This document shows, piece after piece, positions 1-12,420 of a stretch of DNA of 64,000 bases. The position numbers were made by a program, and so were the translations under genes. Each line of letters opens with the position of its first letter. The first letter of the stretch is position 1. Source of the DNA: Mobula hypostoma (lineage: Eukaryota); assembly GCF_963921235.1 (NCBI RefSeq), contig NC_086097.1, positions 109,122,001 through 109,186,000 on the forward strand. The letters run 5' to 3'. The notes under the pieces were generated by a model that had not been told where the DNA came from, ran no database searches, and saw nothing but the letters and a program-made list of their open reading frames with translations.

Positions 1-255
1 CCTGAAGCCTTCCCCATGAGTGGGTATAGCCGCAAGTCAGTGGAAGTTTAAGATCAGAGTTTTCCTTGTCTTAGATGAGCTGCCAACCACAACTGCTTGA
101 AGTGATGATTTAAGGACCCAGTAACCCACCTTTGCTCCTTCTCCTATCTGTAGAAACGTTTCTGTCAGGCTCAGTAGCTAAGCTACACGTGAAGGCCAGC
201 AGCTGGACTTGGTTGTCAGAAGCTATATGAGGCGCACGCCATTGGAAGCATTTAA
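1..255 (-). repeat. Probable RTE/Expander-type LINE 5' UTR-like repeat fragment
   Basis: Contains cagagttttccttgtcttagatgagctgccaacc, which resembles (reverse strand) the ...ctaggagaaggaaaactctg motif of RTE-clade 5' regions. Recognised by eye. Confidence 0.35.
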
Positions 256-271
256 TATTTTATATATATAG

Positions 272-3016
272 TGCAACGCTGGGGGGCATGGTCGATTATT
301 GGCGGGAGGGGGGAGTTCCACTTCATTTATTGTTACGCTTTAACTTGGGTTATACAGTTATAGCTTGTATATTTGTGGGTCACCCTGACTGTAACTGGGG
401 TGTATGATGGTCACCTCCCCCATCTGGAGAGACTGGTTGGGTTCACTCTCCCAGTCATGGTGCCCAGTCTGTTTGTGTTTATCACAATAAAACGGTTGCT
501 GAGTTCAACGAGCTTCCTCGTCCGTTATTATGGACCAAATATTCGCCACATTGGTGTCAGGAATGGAATGTGGGAGATTGAACAGCTACGACGTCGGACA
601 GAGAGCCTTAAACCCGGGTAATAAGACGAGGGACCGAGCAGTATGTCTCCCCACACACCCACAGGCAGGGCTCAAGCAGACGAGACCCGGAGGGAGGACC
701 TGGGAACCGAGCGTTGTGCCTTCCCAGGGAGCCCCAATGGAGCGAGTGTACCCAGGCTCCTCAACCCGGGGGACAGAGCGGAACCTCACCTGGCGCATGA
801 CACAACGGGTGGAGCCCCACCGAGACAGCGGTGCACCGTGCCCCAGCACTGGAACGAGATGCCCTGTGGGCCCTCCTCGACCTAACGCCGGCGGAGCTGC
901 GTGACTACAGGGCCCTCGTAGTGGTGTTGGAGCGGCGTTTCGAGCAGAGGCCGTTGGCGGAAGCAATGAGGGAAGAACTGTGGAGCAGACGGCGCCGTAT
1001 GGGAGGAAGCCTGGGGGCACTAGCAGCTGATCTCCGCCACTGTGCTCGGCATGACCACCCCGGCCCTAGTTCCCTCCCGCGGCCCAGGAAGAACTTTCCC
1101 TCCACGCCTTTGTAAAGGCGCTGACGCCAAAGCACCTTCGGCAGCATGTTCGCCTGACGTCGCCATCATCGCTGGACGAGGCGGAGAGGGAGGGCAGAAG
1201 CAATTTTAGCCTCTCAAGGTGTTTCAGCGTCGCCCCCCACCAGCGAGCCCGGGCTTGTGTCACCGAGGCTGAGGAGGAGCCCGTCAGACAAGTCCGACTA
1301 GCGCCGCGGGCTATGAAATGATCTCTGCTACCGGTGTGGTGAGGCCGGTCATTTGGCCCGGGACGACCCCGCCCCAGCACCACGCCACAGCTCAGAAGCA
1401 GCAGAACCCCTCCGGGCGGGCCGTTTGGGTGAAGAGCAAGGCTTACACGTTGATGCCTGCGTGCTGGAGGGCATCAGGTGCCGTATGTTGGTGGACACGG
1501 GGTCAACCATCACTACCATCTGTCCCGGTGTCCTCCCCAGCACGGACCAGCCATCCCCGCCTCGGTGGACAACGGCAGCGGTCCGTGACTGTGCGGCGAT
1601 GTGAGGGAAGAGGAGGTTGTGCATCGCAGTGGACACGAGGTGTGACTCGCCGACATCCGAGAGTCCTGACTCATCGGCCTGGACCTGCTGTCCCACTAGA
1701 GGCCCGTGTGGATGTGTCCGGGGCAACACTCTACCTCGGTGCTGAAACCGTGGCTCTTCGGCGGGGCAGCTCCGGGAAGCGGTCCCAGTGGGAGCAGTAA
1801 CCACACCGGTTTCACAGCAGCCCGGGGCAGGGCAGTACACCCGGCAGCGGCCCAACGCAACACCGCTGAACCAGGAGCAAGTGACGGTGACGCCGGCGAC
1901 CACCTCCCCACCACGGACCAGCAGTGCGCAGCGAACAGGTGAGCGATCCGATGTTGGCCCGGGTGAGGGAATGGCTGAGTGTGGGACGACGGCCGGAGTG
2001 GGCAGAGGTCTTTGCCCTGGACCCAGAGACCAAAGCCCTGTACTTGCAGTGGGGAACGCTGGAGGTCCCCGACGGATTGCTGTTCAGGTGGTGGCAGTTG
2101 TCCGATGGTGACCGACATCTCCTGAAGCTGGTCTCCCAGGGGTTCTGCGTCATGGTGCTGCTGTCGGTGGACGGGCTGGTGGGGCCCGGCCATTTCGGGG
2201 TCACAAAGACGCTGGGGCAGGCTGCATGAACGCTTCTACTGGCCTGGGTACAGGCAGGACGTTGCGACGCTTCCACATTCCAGAAAGGGCTGGGCCGCCG
2301 GTCTAGGGTGCCAATGCAGCAGTTCCTGGTCAGGGCCCAGCATGGATCTACTGCCCCTCCCGGAAGAAGGGACTAACCCCCGGGCTTGGAAGCCACTGGA
2401 AGGGGCCGGGAGAGGAGCTCGACCGCATCTCCGATGTGGTATATCGGGTGCTGTTGCCTGAGCGGCGGAAGGCCGTCGTGCTATACTGGGACCCACTGGT
2501 ACCGTGTCAGCCCTTGGCCACCACTAACCCGGCGATGCTGAAGGAAGGAAGTGATACTGGGTGTCCTGCCTCTTGCCTCACACAAACAGGCGGCAGTGTC
2601 GACACCCACCGGAACTTTAGGACTTTGTTGTGGACTCTGGGGTTCCCGGGTATAGGTGACCCCTTGTGTGGGGGTAGTGTGACGCCCTGAGGGGAGGGGT
2701 CATGGTCGACAGCCTACCACTGCATTTTTAATGACCAGTATTGTTTATTGTTCTTGTGTTAAAATGCTTCTGTGGGATTATGGTGGGAGTTCCTGTTCAT
2801 TTATTGTTACATTTTAGCTTGGATTATACAGTTATTCGCTTGTATATTTGTGGGTCACCCTGATTGTAACTGGGGTGTGTGATGGTCACCTCCCCCATCT
2901 GGAGAGACTGGTTGAGTTCACTCTCCCAGTCATGGTGCCTGTCTGTTTGTGTTTATAATAAAAAAGCCGTTGTTGAGTTCAACAAGCTTCCTCGTCTGTG
3001 GGCCCAATGCTTACCA
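272..3016 (+). mobile_element. Internally deleted Gypsy/Ty3 LTR retrotransposon (gag-protease-partial integrase, no RT/RNase H)
   Basis: 5' LTR about 272-550 and 3' LTR about 2678-3016 share a long block and have TG...CA ends. PBS tggtgtcaggaatggaat at 552 (tRNA-Leu-like); purine tract before 2678. Gag remnant 831-1115, knuckle CYRCGEAGHLARD near 1327, protease MLVDTGS near 1486, integrase N-terminal region EQVSDPML...GHFGVTKT..RFYWPG at 1924-2260. Confidence 0.88.
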
Positions 3017-3109
3017 ATATATATACTATATAAATAAAAAATAATATGTAACATAATTTAATGAGCCTGTCCCCATTACCACCCCGGCCATAACAACCTT
3101 AAGGAACCA

Positions 3110-3276
3110 AAGACCATAAGATATAGGAGCAGAATTAAGCCATTTGGCCCATTGATCCTGCTCCCTCATTTCATCATGGCCAATCCAATTTTCCTCTTGG
3201 CCCCAATCTCCTACCTTCTCCCCATATTCCTTCTTGCCCTGACCAATCCAGAATCTATCAACCTCTGCCTTAAGTG
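3110..3276 (-). repeat. CR1 LINE 3' end fragment
   Basis: gaccataagatataggagcagaattaagccat... is the reverse complement of the CR1 3' UTR and tail seen at other copies (for example 25032 and 61981). Confidence 0.7.
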
Positions 3277-3278
3277 TA

Positions 3279-4115
3279 CAGTAGCGTGCAAAAATTTGGG
3301 CACCCCGGTCAAAATTTCTGTTACTGTGAATAGCTAAGCGAGTAAAAGATGAACTAATTTCCAGAAGGCCTAAAGTTAAAGATGACACATTTCTTTAATA
3401 TTTTAAGCAAGAAAACATTCTTATTTCCATCTTTTACAGTTTCAAAATAACAAAAAGGGAAAAGGGCCTGAAGCAAAAGTTTGGGCACTGTATGGCAGTA
3501 CTTAGTAACACCCCCTTTGGCAGGTAGCACAGCTTGTAAACGCTTTTTGTACCCAGCTAAGAGTCTTTCAATTCTTGTTTGTGGGATTTTCACCCATTCT
3601 TCCTTGCAAAAGGCTTCTAGTTCTGTGAGATTCTTGGGCTGTCTTGCATGCATTGTTCTTTTGAAGTCTATCCACAAATTCTCGATGACATTTAGGTCAG
3701 GGGACTGTGAGGACCATGGCAAAACCTTCAGCTTGCGCCTCTTGAGATAGTCTATTGTGGATTTTGAGGCGTGTTTAGGTTCATAATCCTGTTGTAGACT
3801 CCATCGTCTTTTCACGTTTGGCTTTTTTACAGACGGTGTGAAGTTTGCTTCTAGAATTTGCTGGTATTTAATTGAATTCATTCTTCCCTCTATCAGTAAA
3901 TGTTCCCCGTGCTACTGGCTACAACACAAGCCCAAAGCATGATCAATCCACCCTCATGCTTAACAGTTGGAGAGGGGTTCTTTTCATGAAATTCTGCAAC
4001 CTTTTTTCTCCAAACATACCTTTGCTTATTGCAGCCAAAAAGTTCTAGTTTAACTTCATTGGTCCACAGGAGTTGTTTCCAAAATGCATCAGACTTGTTT
4101 AAATGTTCCTTTGAA
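3279..4115 (-). mobile_element. Tc1/mariner DNA transposon, truncated, with transposase C-terminal remnant
   Basis: TA then CAGT terminus at 3279; aaa(a/g)tttgggcac repeated near 3290 and 3476 (IR/DR structure). ORF 3354-3881(-) has QQDYEPKH and WSSQSPDLNVIENLW of the DD34E catalytic domain. Confidence 0.9.
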
Positions 4116-5159
4116 CCTTTTGAATAGAATGGTTTGGAAGTGAAATTGACCTGGATGGTTCTTTTTCTGCAACTATTGTTGATTTCTGCTTTAAACTTAC
4201 AAGATTTAACATAGGAAGAAAAATTTACTTTGCAAACTTTATTCCACTCATTGCTGGTGTAGCCAGTGCATTTGGTATTTAGGTCTAAGGTAGGAGCTGG
4301 GCACAGGAGTGCAGATGGAACAAGGGGACAGGAATGCGGTTAGATGCAACGATGGAGTTGGGCCCTGGAATGGTTAGTTTTTTGACTAGAGCTGAAGTCA
4401 GGGACTAGGAACACAGTTTGTCAAAGAGCCAGAGCTGGGAACTGGAGAATGTGATTAGTTGTGCAGCAAGAGTGGGTGATATCCTTGGGTGTGCAGCCAG
4501 AACCAAGAACTGGGAATGTAGTTGTGGGTGCTATCAAATTGGGGTCAGAGATGAGGTTAAGTGTGCAGACAGATAAAGGTTGAGGATGTGGTTTGATGTG
4601 TGTTCAGAGTTGGGAGTCGGGAAAGGGATAATGTATGGAGGAGGAACCAGGGATTGACATGTGTCTGGATGCTGGGGTTGGCAACCTTAGCAGAGCTGGG
4701 CGCGTGTGCAGGAAGGTGGTGAGATGCCAGGAGGAAGGAGTGGCAAGTGCTGCCATACTTGAACCCACATGTGTGTGGATGAGTGAACAAGAGTGCACAT
4801 ACCAGGCAGCACCTAATCACATAAACACTAATGTGTGAGCAGAGCCACATGACTCTGGTAATCTACACCATGACAACAACCAATGACTGCTGGACTGATC
4901 CCTGTCTAATTCATTCTGTACTTTACTTAAACCTGGCCCTACAATTGAATCATTCACTGTGAAGAGTGTGTCAAACAAGGTCGTGTCTTTTACCTCCAGT
5001 TCATCTTTATTGTTGCAATTTCTCCTTCAACAAACATTCAGCATTCCCTCTGTGGTGACTGGACTCCTGGACAAAGGTGGCCTAAACCTCAGTGGTTGAG
5101 CTACAGTTTGCAGACCACATGTTGAATGTATACACACACAGGCTCACTTTCATGCTGTC

Positions 5160-5405
5160 TCTCACATTTTCACAAAAGCTTATAGAAAAGTGGGCCTTAC
5201 ATTTAGTGCCCACAAGACCAGAGTCATCTATCAACCTGTACCACACTGCCATCCAACAATGAAGGTTCCCAGCAAAACCTTGAAGAACATAGGCCATTTC
5301 CCATATCTCAGGAGCAACCTCTTAGCTAAAGCAGATATTTATGATGAAATCCACCAACTCAGCTTTTGATCAACTGAGATCAAGGTTATTTGAAGATCAA
5401 GATCA
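5160..5405 (+). mobile_element. RTE-clade LINE RT fragment (decayed)
   Basis: Translates FTKAYRKVGLTFSAHKTRVIYQP...HFPYLRSNLLAKADIYDEIHQ, typical of the RTE RT domain 6-7/thumb region. Confidence 0.65.
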
Positions 5406-5810
5406 CACGCTGGAGTGGAAGGATGGAAGTCATCGTCTACTTGCAGATTTTTGCGGTTTAAACAGTGAATGAGCACAACTCAAGTAATATCTTTGGTTAC
5501 TTGTATTCACCATCAGAGTTGAATCAAGGGTATTATAACTATAACTAAAGTGCAAAAGAAACATTTTATATGCAAAGAAACATGCATTTTTTAAATATTT
5601 AACAGGAAAAATACAGACAATAGATTAATGTTATTATTTACTTCTGTACCTTTGACCAGAATTGGATTGATTTTCCACTCATTGAATCCATGATTTGTGT
5701 TCTCATCATCAATCTAAAATTCATCACAATTTACATAACTTGTATTCTTTAATTGGTGACTTGGCAGCCTTCTGCAGCCTATAACTCTTGGCATCATGTC
5801 GATTTTGCAG

Positions 5811-5931
5811 GATTGATAAGCCAAAGGCCCTGTCACTTTTGCTGCACACAGCTGACATTAGCCATCCTGCTAAAACTTGGGACATGCATTATCGCTGGAC
5901 AATGGCTTTGTTGGAGGAGTTCTTCAGACAG
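5811..5931 (+). CDS. PDE1C: PDE1C-like phosphodiesterase internal coding exon (catalytic domain)
   Basis: ttttgcag acceptor, gtact donor, 121 nt. Translates (G)IDKPKALSLLLHTADISHPAKTWDMHYRWTMALLEEFFRQ, the PDE1 segment with the metal-binding Asp of HxADISHP. HTAD and LLEEFFRQ fit PDE1C best. Confidence 0.93.
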
Positions 5932-6157
5932 GTACTAATTCAGCTGAGGTTACTCTAATGAACTGTTGTTCTTTGATTTGAATGCCCTTGGGTGTGATTT
6001 TGACATATGCATGGATCCCCCAAAGGACAATTATTGTTTTTAAATAGTGACCATATTTAATGACTCTGATACGGGATTCTGGTACCAAATGATCCATATG
6101 ACATATATACTCTGCATAGTTAGAGGGTGAACAAAGGCTTTGAAAACCTTTGGTACT

Positions 6158-7355
6158 TGAATCAGAATCAGGTTTAATATCACTGGCATATGTCATGAAA
6201 ATTGTTGTTTTGCAGCACATTGCAATACATAATAAAACACTATAAATTACAAAAAGTATATGTAAATATTAAGTTGTGCAAAAAGAGAGGGAAAATATTG
6301 AGGTAGTGCTCATGGATTCATTGTCCATTCAGGAATCTGATAGTGGAGAGGAAGAAGCTGGTCCTAAAACACTGAGTGTGAGTCTTCAGGCTCTCCTTCT
6401 TGATGGTAGCAATGAGAAAAGGGCATTCCTGGGTGATGGATGCCACCTTTTTGAAGTATCACCTTTTGAAGGAGTCCTTAATGCGGGTGCTCTTCAAGGA
6501 GCTGGCTGAGTTTACAACTTGCTGCAGCTTATTTCAATCCCCTGCAGTGCCCACCCACCACACCAGACAGTGATACGGCCAGACAGAATGCTCTCCACAG
6601 TACATCCGTAGAAATTTGCAAGTATCATTGGTAACATACCAAATCTCCTCAAAAACCTAATGAAATATAGCCATTATTGTGTCTTCTTTGCAACTGCATC
6701 AATATGTTGGGCCCAGGATAGATGTTCAGAGATGTGGACGCCTAGGAACTTGAAACTGCTCACCTTTTCCACTGCTGATCCCTTGATGAAAACTGGTGTG
6801 TCATTGGCAGATTTATAAACTGCTTTTGAGCTGTACCTAGCCGCACTGTCGTGGGTGTAGAGAGAAAAGAGCAGCGGGCTAAGCACGCATCCCTGAGGTG
6901 CGCCAGTGTTGATTGTCAGTGAGGAGGAGGTTTTATTTCTGATTCGTATAGACTGTGGTCTCCTGGTGAGGAAGTCAAGGAAGTTGCAGAAGCCCAGGTT
7001 TTGGAGCTTGTTGATTGCAAGTATGATTGTAATGAACGCTGTAGTTATTAAACGGCAGTCTGACGTAGGTATAACTATTGTCCACGTAATCCAAGGCTGA
7101 GTACTGAGCAGTGCAATTGGATCCACTCTAGACCTGTTGTGGTGGTAGGCAAATTGCAGTGGGCAGGAGTTAATTCTGACCATGAGCAACCTCTCAATGC
7201 ACTTCATCACAGTAGATGTGTGCTGCTGGGTGATAGTAGTTGAGGCCTGCCCTTTATGGGCACTGGTAGAATTGTTGCCCTTTTGAAGCCAGTGGGAACC
7301 TACGACTGCAGCAGTGAGAGACTGAAGATGTCTTTGAACACTGCCGCCAGTTGAA
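6158..7355 (-). mobile_element. Rex1/Babar LINE, 5'-truncated and decayed
   Basis: ORF 6674-7210(-) has PLQFAY, TGAPQGCVLSPLLFSLYTHD and FKFLGVHISEHLSW; the (GAATCA)n tail is at 6160. Confidence 0.88.
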
Positions 7356-7359
7356 CTCC

Positions 7360-7470
7360 CTCCATACGGTCAGAGGGACAATGTGCAAACTCCACGCAGA
7401 CCACACCTGGGGTCAGGACTGAATCTGCCTCCCTGGTGATGTGAGACAGCAGTTCCATGAGTTATCCAGT
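7360..7470 (-). repeat. tRNA-derived SINE head fragment
   Basis: tgtgcaaactccacgcagac...ggtcaggactgaatctg is the reverse of a B-box-containing SINE head; similar copy at 19990-20090. Confidence 0.55.
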
Positions 7471-7954
7471 ACGCCATCTCAGTGCTTTAAATAGTGCAGC
7501 ATGGTGTGTTCCGTCAATATTAACCCTTCTGCAGAACGATGCAGAGCGCAAAGGCCAAGGTACCATGGAGCATGTGTCAGGCCTGTATGGTCTATGTGCA
7601 AAGAAAAGCGTGTAGGTTATGACTGGTAGCCATAGAGGAGGAGCACGGTAGTCATGGCATTGGTCAGGAACTTGAGGGGCTAGTAAGATCAGGGGCGATG
7701 GATAAAGTCAGCTGATTGGGGAGGTTTTCGGCAGTTGAAGCAAGATTTCAGCAAGAAATACATTTTGGAGACTGGATGTTTAATTAAATTTAAGGGTGTG
7801 AGTTGAACTAGCAATCAACTTCTAGGGGTAAGTGCTGTGTTAATAACTGAGTTAGCAGGTTAATCATGGGAAGGTGCTAGTAACAGCTGGAGGTGCCATC
7901 GGGGTCCTGTGGGCCCATGAACGTGAGCTTATCTATCTAGATAGATAAATACTG

Positions 7955-8330
7955 CAGATACTTTATTGATCCCTAAGGAAATTACGATGTCACAGAGCAT
8001 AACAAGTGCACAGATATACAAATATTAGAAGAGAAGTAAGAAAAAATAAAAAAAATGATCTCAAACAGTCTAACAGAAGGGGGGGGGGTCATCACTTTCT
8101 CAGCTATAGGTTGATTCATTCTAGAGCCTAGTGGCTGAGGGTAAGAATGACCTCATATAGTGCTCTTTGGAGCAGCACAGTTGCCTTAGTCTGTTAATAA
8201 AAGTGCTTCTCTGTTCAGCCAATGTGGCATGCAGAGGGTGAGATATGTTGTCCAGAATTGCCAGGATTTTCCACAGGGTCCTTTGCCTCCGGTTTGTCCA
8301 GTTCGACTCCTGTAACAGAGCCAGTTTTGC
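7955..8330 (-). mobile_element. Rex1/Babar LINE 3' fragment
   Basis: ILDNISHPLH...RSFLPSATRL C-terminal motif in ORF 8121-8417(-). Confidence 0.75.
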
Positions 8331-8899
8331 ACTATTGTAATCAAAATACAAGATTGAATGAAGTATCCCAAGAACCAGAAGGATGATGAAAATGTCCTTA
8401 AACAGATTAATGTCCATTGTTATTTCACAGTATTGCTAGCCAGTACAAAAAATAAATGAAAGGAACATGGTATATAGCGTTAAGACAAACAAACACACGG
8501 AGCTACTATAACGTGCTGCCACCTCACCGCACGGCACACACACAGTCCTGGGCTTGTTCTCAGTGACTTGAGTCAAGTCTGGTCTGCTGCTGTGTGGGTG
8601 CATGTGCTGCTACCGGTAGACAATAGATAATAGGTGCAGAAGTAGACCACTTGGCCCCTCGAGCCTGCACCGCCATTCTGAGATCATGGTTGATCATCTA
8701 GTGAACATCACTGGTAGAGCGGCAGGCCATGAATATAATGCTCTCATGGAATGGCACTGTGCACATCTCAGTATCCCACAGAGTGGTGCAAAAGTCACAT
8801 AGAGACACTCCTATGATAACTTCCTGATTTTTTTTTCCTTGAACCGAAACTTTTTTTCATAGAAATTGAAAAATGAGACGTTGAAACTTTGCAATTGTA

Positions 8900-9136
8900 T
8901 GGCACAGTAGTGCAGTGGTTAGTGTGCCATTATCACAATGCCAGCATCCTGGGTTCATTTCCCGCTGCTGTACCTTCTCCCCATGACCTGGTGAGTTTCC
9001 TATGGCAGTTCTGGCTTCCTCCCACATTCCGAAGATGTACGGGTTCCAGGGTTAATTAGTCACATGGATGTTATTGGGAAGCAAAGGCTCATTGGGCCGA
9101 AAGGGCCAGATGCTGTGCTGTATTTCTAAAATAAAA
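8900..9136 (+). repeat. tRNA-derived SINE (V-SINE/HE1-like)
   Basis: A-box-like ggcacagtagtgcagtggttag, B-box-like ggttcatttccc, core ggcttcctcccacattccgaagatgtac, CR1-like tail gggccgaaagggcc...tgtgctgtatttctaaaataaaat. Confidence 0.75.
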
Positions 9137-9236
9137 TATGAACAATATTTCTGGAGTAGGGGTGATTCCAGAGTTTAATTTTGCATTTACATTACAGACC
9201 ATCATTTCTTGATTGTATTTTTTTTGTCATATCCAG

Positions 9237-9318
9237 GGTGACAAAGAGGCTGAATTGGGACTTCCGTTTTCTCCACTCTGTGATCGTAATTCAACCATGG
9301 TGGCCCAGTCCCAAATAG
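9237..9318 (+). CDS. PDE1C: PDE1C-like coding exon (catalytic domain, substrate-binding Gln region)
   Basis: Polypyrimidine tract then atccag acceptor, gtaag donor, 82 nt. GDKEAELGLPFSPLCDRNSTMVAQSQI(G), joined in phase 0 to the previous exon. Confidence 0.95.
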
Positions 9319-9452
9319 GTAAGACTCTCAAGTTCAGTGGTGTTTTTGTACGGCAGAGGGGTCATCCAACAAGTTATGGGCTAATTACAGTGTATGGAGC
9401 AGCTTCTTCAAGGTCTAAAATATTGCCAATAATTTATAACATAACTTAGTCT

Positions 9453-9532
9453 CGGCCCGAAACGTTGACTGTACCTCTTCCTAGAGATGCTGCCTGGCCT
9501 GCTGCGTTCACCAGCAACTTTGATGTGTGTTG
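9453..9532 (+). mobile_element. Short 3' fragment of a young Penelope-like element
   Basis: Near-identical to the 3' end of the 39975-40532 copy; flanked by cttagtct at 9445-9452 and 9533-9540. Confidence 0.8.
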
Positions 9533-10349
9533 CTTAGTCTGCTAACATTAGCTTTCTCCACCAGTGCAGTACCTAAATGATTGTGCGGTCCCCAAGGATC
9601 AGGTGCACAATCGACAGCTGAATATGGAATTGGTATTTTGATTTAAGTCTCCCAGCTCCGGAGAATGGACCTATAAACAGTTCATATTCTCCTCACAGTA
9701 CCCTGAAAGGTGAAACTGGTTGTTTCAAAGGTATCTAGAGTAGCAATGGAAAAATCCACAAAAATCAGATTTAATATGTACATTTGTGGTTGGCGACCTG
9801 TGTTAAGACTTTACTGGACAGAAATTCTTTAAATGCTCACTGTTTCATTCAGCCATTGTAGGAATTTTTGTAGAATTTGTTTGGAACTTATATTTTCTTT
9901 ACATTGGTAAATGCAGTGGGATCATCTTGCATCTGCCTCACTGCTGTTAAATATGTTTGTGAAGGTGAGAAGTAAGAACTATTGCTTTGTGACAAGTGAA
10001 CAAAAGATCTGTGGAGTTAATGGCACACAATTGTAAATATCATCCAATTTACTTCCAGTGCTGAGAATTGGCAATGAAGGAACGTTATGGGAATCCTGCA
10101 CATATTTTTTGCCCATTCATTTTCGAGGATGAGGATTCACAGAGTGCCTCAAAATTGTTCCACTCGGAAGTATTTCTGTGATACACTTGCCACTGTTTTC
10201 CAGACTAAGTTTAAACTTAGCTTATTCACATTCTTTAGTAGGAACCGTTTGACTGAAGTTGGCCAGGCCCTCGGTGAGAATGCCCTGCACACCAGCTTGG
10301 TTTTCTATACATGAGTAGATCTCCAAGATATGGAGGGTTTGGGAGGGGG

Positions 10350-11010
10350 GAATTACCAGGATGCTGCTGGATTAGAGGACATGTTCTATAAGGAGAAGCT
10401 GGACAAACTTGTTTTTTTTTCTTTCTGAAACAGCAGAGGCTGAGTGGAAACCTGATGGAAGTTTTATCAGATTATGAGAGGGACAGATAGAGTAGACAGC
10501 GGTATTTTTCTCCCACAACATTGTGGGCCAAAGGGTGTATTCCTGTACCTGTGTTCTATGTTCCAAGTTCTTTTGTGGGTGGGACGTTGAAGTGAGTAGA
10601 GCCATCCACAACCAAGGCACACCTGTGATAAACTTGATAGTATGCTGCGCCCCTTGAGTTAGCAGCTGTCAAACACAGTGAATGTTTCTGACATTGGTGG
10701 GAGAGTCTAAAACCAGAGGATACAGCCTCAGAATAGAACAACATCCATTTAGAATGGAGATGGCGAGGAATTTCTTTAGCCAGAGTATGGTGAATCTGTG
10801 GAATTTGCTGCCTTAGGCAGCTGTAGAGGCCAAGTTATTGGGTGTATTTAACGCAGAAATTGATAGATTCTCAATTAGTCAGGGCATGAAGGGACGTGGT
10901 GAGAAGGCAGGAGATTGGAGCTGAGAGAGAATTGGATCAGCCATGATGAAGAGACAGAGCGGACTCACTGGGTCAAATGGCCTCATTCTGCTGCTATATC
11001 TGATGGTCTT
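10350..11010 (+). mobile_element. CR1 LINE 3' fragments (composite)
   Basis: CR1 C-terminal coding remnants (...gaatttctttagccagagtatggtgaatctgtggaat = NFFSQSMVNLWN) and CR1 3' UTR, interrupted by unrelated sequence at about 10515-10680. Confidence 0.7.
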
Positions 11011-11254
11011 AAATATTCATGATAATCCACATTAGAACAAATCTGAAGATTAGTTTAAAATACTGTATTTAAAAATAGAAATAAACAAAAAACCTTAAAT
11101 TAACACCAATTTTATTATATCCTGAAATAGTACCACGTTAACTATCTACCTCCACTAAATCCTACTGGATTCCATGTCAAATCCAATGTTAGAATGTAGT
11201 TCTCAAAAATTCACTTGTCAGGAGATATGGCACTTCTGCACTTGTACCTGCATG

Positions 11255-11497
11255 TTCTGAAACACACACTCAAGATTTTAGGAACAGCTTCTTCCCACTG
11301 CCGTCAGATTTCTGAATGGTGCATGAACTCGTGAACACTGCTTCACTATTTTTGCACTAACAGATTTTTAAATATACACAGACACTTCTTTTTGTGATTT
11401 GTAGTATATTTTATCTATTGCACTATACTGCTGACACAGAACTACAGATTCCACACACATGCCAGTGATAATAAACCTGATTCTGATTCAGATTCTG
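11255..11497 (+). repeat. Rex1-type LINE 3' end
   Basis: ttttaggaacagcttcttccc...gtgataataaacctgattctgattc tail, matching copies at 15120-15505 and 20280-20532. Confidence 0.7.
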
Positions 11498-12035
11498 TAT
11501 TTGTGAAAATCCCAAACTTCCTGGCACTTACATAAAGAAATACAGCAGCTGCAGACAGAGCTAATGATATTTTTAATAAAAATGCAACCATTCCACACCT
11601 TTATTACACATTCTCAGGTGTAAATTATTAGTGCCAAATATACCTTTCCCTTTTCCAATGCGTAGACAATTATGACACAGCCAAATTCATTTCTGCCCTC
11701 CAATTGGAACTAGAAGTGAGGCCATGGACACACAGCACAGAATCTGATTTCTTAACATTCATTTTCAGGACCTGGAGACCATTTCATGGACACCTCCAAA
11801 TGGTCTTGAAATGTGGTGGAATGTCTCTGGTTGTACTGGTGCAGTCTTATTGGTGAAGGTCCAGTGGGTGTAGTTGGATGTGGAGTTCCAAGGACTTCGA
11901 ACAACAAAGTGCTGGAGGAGTTCTATCCATGAGGGAAAGAATTGTTGACATTTTTGGTGAAAAGCTTCCATGGGGTTCAAGAGTGAAGAGGGGAGCTCTT
12001 TAGTATGAAGAGGAGAGGGGTGTGGTGATAAAAAG

Positions 12036-12420
12036 ATTCAAAGTACATTTATTATCAAAGTATGCGTGCAATAATACAACTCTGAGCTTGTCTTCCCTCA
12101 GAGAGCCATGAAACAAAGAAAACCATGGATCACGTTCAAAGAAAAACAAAAACATCAAACCCCCAATCATGCAAAAGGCAAAAGAAAACAAGTGATGAAC
12201 ACAGAATATAAAACATTAAACCACAAAGTCAACAAAAGACCCCAGGAATGTTCAGTTTCAGCTCAGTTCAGTTCAGTTCAATCTAGCGCTGTGTCGCTGG
12301 TTTGATCCACAGAGCCAGTCTGCCCCGATCAAAGTCACACAAAATAGCAACATAATAAAAGAGCAACCAGAAACCAGAAACACAGCATAACATAAACTAT
12401 ACAGTTGATTAAACTTTGTG
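12036..12420 (-). repeat. Non-coding interspersed repeat with Rex1-like (CTTTGAA) tail
   Basis: ttcaaagtacatttattatcaaagtatg... is homologous to 15563-16365; both share gcaaccagaaaccagaaacacag-like blocks. Confidence 0.55.

Noticed and set aside
530..2690. Many overlapping 80-180 aa ORFs on both strands
   Set aside because: The GC-rich retrotransposon interior has few stops; only the gag, protease and integrase pieces have recognisable motifs.
8900..8970. tRNA-like A/B boxes
   Set aside because: They continue into a SINE core and tail, and no cloverleaf is present; this is a SINE head, not a tRNA gene.
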